From NCBI RefSeq assembly GCF_006345805.1, contig NC_043006.1, forward strand, positions 101,308,001 through 101,372,000: a stretch of DNA of 64,000 nt, written 5' to 3'. The notes below the pieces were generated by a model, which was not told the origin of the DNA, ran no database searches, and saw nothing but the letters and a program-made list of their open reading frames with translations. This document shows, piece by piece, positions 52,864 through 64,000 of the stretch (its first letter is position 1; each line of letters starts with the position of its first letter). The position numbers were made by a program, and so were the translations under genes. This stretch comes from Octopus sinensis. Lineage: Eukaryota.

Positions 52864-54002
52864 TTGCTTGTCACTGTCATACCTATTGTGATCTGCATTT
52901 CCAGTCTTTCATTGAAACCTGTCCTTCCATGAGGGAAATATTACTTTGCTAGGAAACAAGTAAAGGTTGGCAACAACTGTAGAAAATTGACCTCAGCATT
53001 TTATTTGCTTTATACCTGTGATATCTAAACTTATTCTGAATTCGCCCATGTGGAATCTGCTTCATATTGTTCATTAGATTTTGTGTATCTCATTGCTCCC
53101 CAGTAACTGTACACGTTTCATTTCACTACAATATATCATTGCACTAGACAAGCATCATAGCTATAAAGAAGTGTATTTTATGTCTGTAATGCTATATGAA
53201 CTGAAATTAGCTGGTAGCACATCAGTATTGTCTGATTTAGTAGAGAAAAAGCAAAATGAAATACAATGAGTGTTTTGTTCTTTTATCTAACTTTTTAAAT
53301 CTAAGAATTTTTGTGCTATTGTACTGTACCAAACATCAGGACTTATTCAGTATTCAGCCCAAGGCACATCATATTGCAAATGTTGTTTACATTGATAATA
53401 TCATTGAGACTGAAATTTGGTTGATAGAAGCTGGTCAAAGGCTTTGCTTTTTAAGTTGTAAACTTAGTTTGTTGTCTTGTTCTATCACCTGACTCTTGTC
53501 TTTTGTGGAAACTACTCTGTTGTAAGCGTTTGGGGTAGGTCTCTATTTTGAGGGAAGATTAAATTTTTATAGGTGCAGATGTGGCTGTGGGGTGAGAAAC
53601 TTGCTTCTAAACCTCACGGTTCTAGGTTTGGCACCTCAGACAAGTGTTTTCTGATATAGCTCCAGGCTGACCAAAGCCTTGAGTGAATTTGGTCGATAGA
53701 AACTGGAAGAAATCCATCATATATATGAGTGTGTGTGTGTGTCTTTGTACCCCACCACCACTTGACAACCAGTGGGGGTTTGTTAATATCTGTGTAACTA
53801 GCTGTTTGGCAAAAAGAGACTGGCAGACAAAGGGGTTGATTTATTTGTGGCATGTCTGTGTGATGAGAAGCTTGCTTCCCAACTACATAGCTCCAGGTCT
53901 AATGTGTGACACTTTTGGCCAGAAGTGTCTTCTGCTATAGCCTCAGGCTGACCAAAACCTTGTGAGTGGATTTGGTAGATGGAATCTGAAAGAAGCCTGT
54001 TT

Positions 54003-54034
<32 letters not shown>

Positions 54035-54042
54035 CATATATA

Positions 54043-55308
54043 TTGGGTCATCCCATAAATAATGTTGTTTTTTCAATTGCATGAACTACAAGTTGGAGAG
54101 GGATGTGATAAACTACCTACATCAACTTGCTATAAAAGCAGGTAGTAATTTTACCTTGTATTTATTCTTAGTTTTGACGAGTGCAGTTTGATTTTTAACA
54201 GTTATTTTTTTAAAGCTATGATGGAAGTGACAAAGGAGCATATTCAGCATATTTTGCTTTATGAGTTCAATAAAAGCAACAGCGCAACAGAAAGTGCGAG
54301 GAATATTAATGCCATATATGGGGATCAGACAATAACTATAAGCCAGTGTCAACGGTAGTTCCAGAAATTCCGAGTTGAAAACTACAACCTAGAAGACAAG
54401 CCTTGTCCTGGAAGATCTGTGGAGCTCAATGAGGATGTCCTGCAAATCCTAGTGGAACAAAATCCTATCATAACTATTGAACTAGCAGAGAAGCTTGGAT
54501 ATGGTCAATCAACCATTCATCAACATCTTTGTCGGAAAATTGGGTCAATGGGTTCCTCACAAACTTTCTGAGTCTAATTGCACACAGAGAGTGAATGTGT
54601 GCTCTTCTTTGCTGGTACGTCTCCTGAATGAACTGTTTTTGGACCGAATAGCAACTGGTGATGAGAAATGAGCTCTCTAGAGAAATGTCAAGTGCTGAAG
54701 ACAATGTGTAGGGAAAAGGGGAAACACTGGCACCCCACAAGCTGAAGAAGGTATTTACCCATGTAAGATGTTGTTATCTGTTTGGTGGAATATGAAAAGT
54801 TTAGTCCAGTTTTAACTTTTAAACCCGAACCAAATAATAACAAAGGAGATCTACTGCGAGCAGCTTGAATGGCTTAAGTCAGTGCTAAAAGAAAAATGAC
54901 CATCTTTGGTTTCAAGACAAAAGGTGTTCTTCAATTGGGATAATGCTCAACCACATACAGCGAGGATGACATTCCAAAGGCTGGAGCAGTTTGAATGGGA
55001 AACGATGCTCCACCTACGATATTCACTGAACATTGTCCCATCTGATTATCATTTATTCCACAATCTTCAAAATCATTTGGATGGAAAAAGTATGAATTCT
55101 GTAGATGAGGCCAGAACAGTACTGGAGGAGTATTTTTTGTCATGGACAAATGGATTTTCAAAAAAGGGCCTTGCAAGACTACCACATAGATGGAAGAGCA
55201 TTGTAGAAAATTGAGAGTATATTTTTGATTAAAAAAGAACTTTGTTTATCTTAATTTTGAAAAGTAAAAGAAGTATAAAGAAACCACATTGTTTATGAGA
55301 TGATCCAA
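54043..55308 (+). mobile_element. Decayed mariner (DD34D) transposon, 1266 bp, inserted in a SINE microsatellite
   Basis: TIRs TTGGGTCATCCCATAAATAATG / CATTGTTTATGAGATGATCCAA; TA on the left, TC on the right. Confidence 0.92.
54218..55214 (+). pseudogene. mariner transposase pseudogene
   Basis: WVPHKL, TGDEK(stop), WDNAQPH, RYSLNIVPSDY; 34 residues between the 2nd and 3rd Asp; stops and frameshifts. Confidence 0.92.
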
Positions 55309-55471
55309 TCTGTCTGTCTGTCTGTGTGTGACTGTGTTTGTTCCCCACCATTGTGTAACAACCAATTTTGGTGTTTTTGTCCCTGTAACTTTGTGGTTTG
55401 GCAAAATAGACTGATAAAACAAGTACTAGGCTTACAAAGAATAAGTCCTAGGGTCGATTTTTTCGACTTAA

Positions 55472-55692
55472 CCCTTTAGCATTTAAACCGGCCATATCCG
55501 GCCAAAAGTATTCTGCCTGTTCTATGTTCAAACTAGCCCTATCTGATCTCTCACACCAACCCTACAATATCGTTTTAAAAATTAACAGCTACCTCATCAA
55601 AATCTCATAGCTACAAGATAATGCATGATTAGTTCAAAACAATGTGGATAAAAAAGCATTAATTTTGGCAGAATAATGCGAACACTAAAGGG
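55472..55692. mobile_element. piggyBac-type MITE nested in a family A SINE tail
   Basis: TTAA-CCCTTTAG..CTAAAGGG-TTAA, 221 bp. Confidence 0.85.
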
Positions 55693-56060
55693 TTAAACCC
55701 TTCAAGGTGGTGCTCCAGCATGACCACAGTCAAATGATTGAAACGCATAAGAGAATAAAGGCAGTTCCTGAATATGTTCTGCATTCCACTGACTGAAAAT
55801 ATATATTAACTGGTTACAGCATGGAAGACACAAATTAGGCCATTCAGAAACACGCCAGACGTTAACTTCACTGAAACTACTCAAAACAACTGTGACCCTT
55901 TCACTTTGCAATAAGTTACTAGTCTTTGTGTGACATTTCTGAATGGCTAACTTGCAATCATTTTAGTTTCAACACATGAGCTCAGATCAAAATACTTGTC
56001 AAGCAAGTAAACCTGCATAATATACAGTTAAGGACAATATTCCTCCTGTAAATGAATCAT

Positions 56061-56095
<35 letters not shown>

Positions 56096-56107
56096 TATAT
56101 TATATAT

Positions 56108-56160
<53 letters not shown>

Positions 56161-56674
56161 GTGTTGAACATGAACTCATAGTTCTTTGGAATAATTCTTC
56201 AGCTGGCATTATTTCTACCCCAAGCATTCTCTTGATGGTATTATTACCCAGAGTAAGATTTCTATGGAGGAGACATCTCTTTTGTGCTTTTATAGTCTAT
56301 GATTTAAAAAAAAACAGAAGGCAATATCTCAAATGAGCAAGTTCTCCTTCATATCACACCAGAAGTAAAATCATTTCATTTCAGACGCCAGTCTAAAACC
56401 CATCTACTTAGTTATTCTTTTTATCATATTTGTTTCTTACTCTGATGTTACATAAATATAGAAGCAACATTTCTTAGAATTATTACAAAATTAATTCTAT
56501 TCTCATTAATCAGGGATTAATAGATAATAAAAATCTATTAAGAATTGAAAATTAATTCAAATATATGTATTATTTAATAATGTTAGCAACATTTTAGAAT
56601 GTGATTTGCATTTGACATTTTATTTTTTGCTGTTTTAAATGAAAAATAATTTTCAAAACAACAAGCATTAACCA

Positions 56675-56712
<38 letters not shown>

Positions 56713-56934
56713 CCATAATTGATAAAATATTAATAAAATTACAAATTTTTCTTTCTATATGAACAGTATATGTTCTGCATTATTTTCTTAAATTTGCTTT
56801 TGCTTATCAAACTTCTTGGGGTTTTGTTGAACAATTGACATTCTTGAGGATTTTTTCTCTCTAATTTAGTCAAATTTGTTTTAAGACGTTCAATGTGACT
56901 TTGTGTGTGTATGTGTGCATATATACATACAGGT

Positions 56935-57296
56935 GGAGGCGCAATGGCCCAGTGGTTAGGGCAGCAGACTCGCGGTCATAGGATCGCTGTTTCGATTCCC
57001 AGACCAGGCGTTGTGAGTGTTTATTGAGCGAAAACACCAAAAGCTCCACGAGGATCCGGCAGGGGATGGTGGTGATCCCTGCTGTACTCTTTCACCACAA
57101 CTTTCTCTCACTCTTACTTCCTGTTTCTGTTGTACCTGTATTTCAAAGAGCCGGCCTTGTCACTCTCTGTGTCACGCTGAATATCCCCGGTGTCTGTGGA
57201 GTGCTCAGCCACTTACACGTTAATTTCACAAGCAGGCTGTTCCGTTGATTTGGATCAACCGGAACCCTCGTCATCGTAACCGACGGAGTGCTTCCA
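56935..57296 (+). mobile_element. SINE family C
   Basis: Aligns to 7144-7507. Confidence 0.85.
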
Positions 57297-57618
57297 AAAA
57301 ATATACATACAGGCATACTCACACACACACTAGATGCAGTTATGGCTGTGTGATTCACAACTACATGGTTTCAGATTTAGTCATACTGCACAACACTTTG
57401 GATAAGTCTTTTTCTATAACCCCTGGCTAACTCAAGCCTTGTTAGTGGATTAGAAGGAAACTCAATAATTCAACTCTGGAAACATGGGTGTTTCGTTCAT
57501 CATTGTTAAACTAACCTTATTCAGGAACCTTTTGGCAGGATTCTAACTGGACCCCATTTACAACATCATGAGCTATTTATCTTGTTATGAAATCACCATG
57601 TTGTGCACATGTATGTGT

Positions 57619-57654
<36 letters not shown>

Positions 57655-58431
57655 GACAGGCTTCTTTCAGTTTCTGTTTGACACATCCACTCACAAGGCT
57701 TTTGTTGACCCAGGGCTATAGTAGAAAATAATTGCCTAAGCTGTTGTGCAGTGGGACTGAACCTAAAATCATGTGTTTGGGAAGCAAACCTCTTAACTAC
57801 ACAGCCATGCCAATATATTTTATAATAAAATGAAAAATAAACTAATGTTAAATGATGATGGGTGGGTGGGTGGGTTTAGTGTTGCCATAGTTACAGATGC
57901 ATGATTATTGGCAGTTGTTGGACTTATCTGTAATTTGGTGGAAGTTTTCTTTGTGTATGATGTAACTTCAGTATCCCCTTTTTGTTCCCATTATGGGTTG
58001 GATAGGTCTGCAAGTCAGTGTTCTCTTTACTCAGTTATTGTAAAACCCAATCTTTTCAGATACAATATAACCTGTACCAATTTTTTTCTTCAGCACGTAT
58101 CCTTGTTTATAGTCTCTGTTTAATACAAGCAATTATCTCTCACATGTTTCAACCAATATCTTTTGATATACAGTTGCTAGTTGCCGGCTTTTCTAAAATT
58201 CTAACATGACCCATCCAAAAGATTATATTGTACTTATTCTGTCCATAGGTTATATTTTATTACTATTTAGCATCACACAACTTCTAATATTATAAAAGCT
58301 TTCTTCTGCAGACAGAATTGTTTTATTGCTAACAGCAGTTCTTCTCAAATGATATATATTAACCTTGTTATTCACGTATTTATATCTGGATAACACTAGT
58401 ATTTTAAACACATTTTCAACACCATATTGGC

Positions 58432-59665
58432 AGGTGGCAGTTTGGCAGAATTGTTAGTATCAGACAACTTCCTTTTCTTATTCCTTTTAGCTTTCTATGT
58501 TCTGAGTTCAAATTCTATTGAGGTCAACTTTGTCTTTTGTTTCTCCTGGGCTAATAAGCTAAAGTACTAGTAAAGTACTGGGGTTTGTAGTATTAACTAA
58601 ACCCCTCCTCAAATAATTATTATTATTGTTATTATTATAAAATGGTGGGCTGGCAGAACCGTTAGCATGCCTGACAAAATGCTGCGAGCATTTTGTCTGT
58701 CTTTATGTTTTGAGTTCAATTTCCACCAAAGTTGACTTTGCTGTTCATCCTTTCGAGGTTGATAAAGTAAGTACCAGTCAAGTACTGGAGTTGATGTAAT
58801 TCACTTCCCCCTGCCCTCATAAACTGTTGGCCTGTGCCAAAATTTGAAACCATTATTATTATCATCATTAAAGTGACCAGCTGGCTGAATTATTACCATA
58901 TCAGACAAACTGCTTGCTACATTTCAACCATTTTTACATTCTGAGTTCAAATTTTGCTGAGGTCAAGTTAACTTTGCCTTTCATCATTTCAGGGCAATAA
59001 AATAAGTTCTAGTCAAGTACTAGGGTTGATGTAATCCACGTCACAATCCCTTTAAAAAGTGCTGGCCTTGAGCCAAAATTTGAAACCCTTATGAGCAGGT
59101 AGACTTCCTGGTGCATTGGAGAAAATGCTTAGTGATATTTCTTTTGAATTCAAATCCCACCCAAATTAACTCTGCCCCTCAACCTTTTGGGGGTTAATAA
59201 AATGAGGTACCAGTCAAGTACTGGTGAATGATATAATTGACTTGTTCCCTCTCTTTGAAATTGCTAGCCATCTGTCTTTATGTCCTGAGCTCAAATTCTG
59301 CCAAGTCTGACTTTGCTCCTCGTTATGGGATCAATGAAATAAGCACCGGTTGAGTACTGGGGTTGATGTAATTGACTAGTCCCATTCCTCCAAATTTCAG
59401 GCCTGTGCCTATACTGGAAAAGATTATTATTATTAAGGCTGTAAGCTGGCAGAATCATCAGTACGCTGGGCAAAATGCTTTGTGGCATTTTGTCTGTCTT
59501 TACATTCTGAGTTCAAATTCTGCTGAGGTCAACTTTGCCTTTCGTTCTTTTGGGGTCAATAAATTAAGTACCAGTGGAACACTGGGGGGGGGGGTCGATG
59601 TAACTGACTATCCCCCTCCCACAAATTTCAGGCCTTGTGCCTTTAGTAGAAAGGATTATTACTCT
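58432..59665 (+). mobile_element. Head-to-tail stack of ~6 old SINE family B copies
   Basis: Repeated ..TTCTGAGTTCAAATT..ACTTTG..AAGTACCAG..GGCCTTG..(ATT)n blocks, CpG-eroded. Confidence 0.8.
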
Positions 59666-59741
59666 TATTAAAGTTGATGGATTGGCAGAATTGCTAAAAG
59701 TATCTCACTGATTTGATAGACGGAAACTGAAAGAAGCCCAT

Positions 59742-59774
<33 letters not shown>

Positions 59775-60544
59775 ATATATATATATATATATATATTGTG
59801 TGTGTGTGTCTTTGTGTCTGTATTTGTCCCACTACCACCATTGCTTGACAACCGATGTTGGTGTGTTTATGTCTCTATAACTTAACAGTTCGGCAAAGAG
59901 ACCAATAGTAAGTCCTGAGGTCGATTTCTTTGGCTAAAACCTTTTATGGTAGTACTCCAGCATGGCTGCAGTCAAATGATTGAAACAAGTAAAAGAATAA
60001 AAGAATCATTTCTATCATTGGTTATTTTGACTACTAAGCATAACATCCTCAGTTTAATCTACTGCTTGTCTCTTTCTTTTATTAATCTTTTTTACGTATG
60101 TTTCAGTCATTAGACTGTGGTCATGCTGGGGCATGCCTTCAAGGGTTTAGCTAAACAAATTGGCCCCCCAAAATAAATTTTTTTGAAGTCTGATATTTAT
60201 TGTATCAGTTTCTTTTTACTGAACTACTAAATTATGAGGACATTAACAAAACAACACTAGTCGTCAAGCAGTAGTAGGGGATAAACACAAAGGTACACTC
60301 ACACACATAAGATGGGCTTTTTCTCTCAAAGCTTTGGTCAGCCTGGGGCTATTGCAGAAAACACTCTAGGTGCCATGCAGTGAAATTGGATCCCGATTCA
60401 TTTAGTTGGACAGCAAACTTCTTACCACAAAACCCGAGAGTGGTAAGAGTAGTAATTATACATTCAGCATGACTGGGCTAATACAGACCTGTTTCTTTTA
60501 CATAACCTGTTCCTTCTGCCAAGATTATTTGGTATATTCTTATT

Positions 60545-60845
60545 CTTTTACTCTTTTACTTGTTTCAGTCATTTGACTGTGGCCGCTAAGTGACGGGGAC
60601 GTAAACACACCAGCATCGGTTGTCAAGCAATGCTTGGGGAACAAACACAGATACACACATATATATATATGTACATATATACGACAGGCTTCTTTCAGTT
60701 TCTGTCTACCAAATCCACTCACAAGGCATTGGTCGGTCCGGGGCTATAGCAGAAGACACTTGCCCAAGATGCCACGCAGTGGGACTGAACCCGGAACCAT
60801 GTGGTTGGTTAGCAAGCTACTTACCACACAGCCACTCCTGCGCCT
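60545..60845 (-). mobile_element. Young family A SINE
   Basis: Very similar to 41163-41567; CpGs intact. Confidence 0.88.
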
Positions 60846-61269
60846 ATTGTACATCTTCATCAAAATTCATATTCAATTAATTCCCTTTAATTGCATTTCT
60901 TTTCTACACATTGATGCTTCTAACACATGCTACAGACACATGCTATTATTAGACTCCTGTAACTTCTTGATTGTAGCCTATTATTTTTGTCTGGCTCATA
61001 AGAGTTTGGTTTTTTTTGTTCGAACATTTGATGTCTAATAAAAGGAAAAAAAAAAAGAAGTTTTTTGATTAACATAATCGTTTGTGGTCACCTTCTGCAC
61101 TAGACAAGGCATTTCTAACAGTTACATTTAGATTAAAAGCAAAATATATTTGACATTTAAAATTTGAATTCACTTTTCGCTCTGAATATGAAATTGTTAC
61201 TATATTGACTTTTAAGTGAACTTTTATGCTGTTCTCTCTTACTGCATTTTATAGAATTCATCACAATTT

Positions 61270-61595
61270 CATATATATAAATATATATATATATACATAC
61301 ACATATATATATATACACACTTATGTATATATATATATATAAAAATATATATACATATATATATACACATATATATATGCACTTTATATATATATATATA
61401 TACATGCATACACACACTCAAATGTATATATATATGCACAAATTTACATATATATATGTAAATATATATGTAAATATATGTATGTATGTATATATATATA
61501 AATGTATATGTGTAAATATATGTATGTATGTATATATATATATAGATATATATATATATATATATATATATACATGTGTATATATATATATAAAA

Positions 61596-61626
<31 letters not shown>

Positions 61627-61700
61627 ATACATGTGTGTATATATATATACATATATTTACACATATACATTTATATATATATATATATAATATATATATA

Positions 61701-61739
<39 letters not shown>

Positions 61740-61765
61740 ATATATATACACATATATATTTAAAG
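61270..61765. repeat. (TA)-rich compound microsatellite
   Basis: Direct reading. Confidence 0.95.
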
Positions 61766-62404
61766 GCGGTGCTCCAGCATGGCCACAGTCAAATGACCGA
61801 AACAAGTAAAAGAGTATACAAATATTTATATATATACATATGCACACACACATACACACACACACACATAAATAATGTTCATAGCCACTTCAACACGGCT
61901 GTCCATTTGAATTTCCATCTAACAAATCCACTCTCAAGGTTTTGGTTGGCCTGAGGCTAGAGTAGAAGATACTTGCTCTAGGTGCCCAGCACTCGGACTA
62001 AACCTGAAACCATTTTTTACATACCTGCATGGCTTAAACAGAAATTGATGTTGAGTTTGGATTTTATAGTCAGGTGCTCCTACTATCACCAACCTTCACT
62101 TGTTTTTCAATTAACAAAAATTTTTCTTTTATTAAAGTCTTTTGAAAGTGCTGAGCAACCGGTTGCAATGGCAATTAAGAATGTAGGTACCACCGACTGT
62201 TTTTTACCCTAACAGTGATAAATAAACTATCTTCAATTTCTGGCCACTGAATTTATTCCTAAGACATATATATTATTTTGTAATGCTCACCCATTTTTTC
62301 TTTTTGTGCACATCTTTTTTTGCACTATACTTGTGGTTCTGATTTTAACTTTTAGAACACAATTTAAAGTGTTTTCTCTGACCAATAAGAATTGTCTTCT
62401 GTAG

Positions 62405-62740
62405 TCTGCTTCCTAACCACATGGTTCCATGTTTTCAGTCCCACTGTGTGATACCTTGGGCGAGCGTCTTCTACTATAGCCTCAGGCTGACCAAAGCCTT
62501 TGAGTGGATTTCGTAGACGGAAACTGAAAGAAGCCCATTATGTATATGTGTGTGTGTGTGTTGTGTTTGCATCTGCGTTTGTCATCCACCACCACTTGAC
62601 AACCAGCGCTGGCTTGTTAACATCCCAGTAACTTAGCAGTTCAGCAAAAGAGACCAATAGAATAAGTACTAGGCTTTAAAATAAAAGATTCCTCAACGTG
62701 GTGCCCCAGCAAGACTACAGTCCAATGACTGAAACAAATA
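62405..62740 (+). mobile_element. Old family A SINE
   Basis: Core and tail recognisable, many CpG>TpG changes. Confidence 0.75.
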
Positions 62741-64000
62741 ATAAGTAAATTACAAATTAATTTTAGATTAAAATGTATCTGTTGTTATTACCAATTGTTC
62801 AAGCATTTTAACTGCCATAGCTTCTTTTTCTTTTTGCTTTCAATACTTGTTATTCTGTGAGAATGATTGCACATTAGTAACTTATGTGGCTTTGTGTTAG
62901 GTAAGCTTCCTTTTAAAGAGAACCAAAATAAAACAAAATTTTGTAAAAATGGAATCAATAAAATGAACTGATTTAACCTGCAACCCATGCCAGATATTTG
63001 GAAACAACAGAAGAGGAATTGAAATTGTTGTCTTCCAGTTTCTGAGCAAGAAGAAAGTGCTATGAGAGAAGAAAATTCTTGTCACTTACTTAGAGTTGTC
63101 ATTTTTATCGACAAAACACTAACAAACATGCATGTCAATTAGGGAAAGAAACAGAGCTATGTAATCAGAAACTTCTGTTTCACTTGGTAATTCAAGAGAA
63201 AATATACAGTGAGATTTAAACGTATTTATGTTGCATTAGCTGATATTAGTTGTAACGTTTATAAGTTGCTGGTTTTCTTCTTCCATTTTCTTTTCCACTT
63301 ATTTCCATTTTCTGCTTTGCCTTCATTGCATTACTTTTATTATGTTATACAGCTTTTCTTCTCAATCCTTTATCTATGAACTTAATTTGAATACAATTTG
63401 CAAAATGTTCATGTTTCTTTCTTTTTTTTTATATTTTTTTTTACAATTTTAAATTTTGTTTTGTTTTTGAAGAAGATATAATTCAGTTTTACTTTACGTT
63501 TTTGCCAGCGTTGTTGTTGTTATTACTTTGTTTTTGTTTTTATCTCTTTCTAAAATCATCTTGTAGTTGGAAAGTCATTGCACGTTTATTTCTTTGCTAA
63601 TCCAAAGATTATTTATACTAAGCACATGTAACCCGTATTGCTTGCGGATAAGCCAGGGATTATTTTATGTCTAGCACATGATGGTGGTCAATGTTACTAA
63701 TCTGTGAATTGCTCTAAGATTGACACATGGCTTCAGGGGGTGTGGACATATTCAATAACGTATAAGTGCAGGAGAAAGCGATAAGTGCAAAAGCAAAATG
63801 TCTTACTTCGTTACGAATATGATTTACTTTCTAGATGGATTATAAAACTAATTTTGCTCAGATAGGAGCATGTTTTACTTAATTCACTCCAGAATATTAC
63901 TGGTAGTTACTTCGTCAATCTCCCGGAACAGCAAAACACAAAGCTGTCTCCAAACATGATTTGAGATGAGAGCTACAAGAGATTGATCTAGATACTAGGT

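Overview
Repeat-saturated animal genomic DNA, most likely Octopus (inferred from the tRNA-derived SINE families and the extreme TA/CA/ATCT microsatellite load, not from a database hit). No intact conserved protein-coding gene could be recognised. Transposable elements: a decayed Ty3/Gypsy LTR retrotransposon (1041-4568), a Penelope-like GIY-YIG remnant (~8.2-9.3 kb), a decayed DD34D mariner (54043-55308), three non-autonomous Helitron copies, four TTAA/piggyBac-type MITEs, 8-bp-TSD MITEs and many SINEs. The most notable signal is a set of hammerhead-ribozyme (HHR) motifs in at least four unrelated small repeat families. These include a 493-bp self-complementary unit with a complete type I HHR core, terminal redundancy and an inverted 5' copy (31391-32354, retrozyme/pLTR-like), and an HHR element linked to a tRNA-type Pol III head and bounded by a 15-bp TSD (30516-30950). 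There are also two identical minimal HHRs with a CCGACGA core and a 49-bp hairpin made of two inverted HHRs. A CpG-depleted domain (~42-63 kb) suggests a methylated gene body; a tentative phase-compatible plus-strand exon chain is offered at low confidence. All alignments, folds and counts were done by eye.
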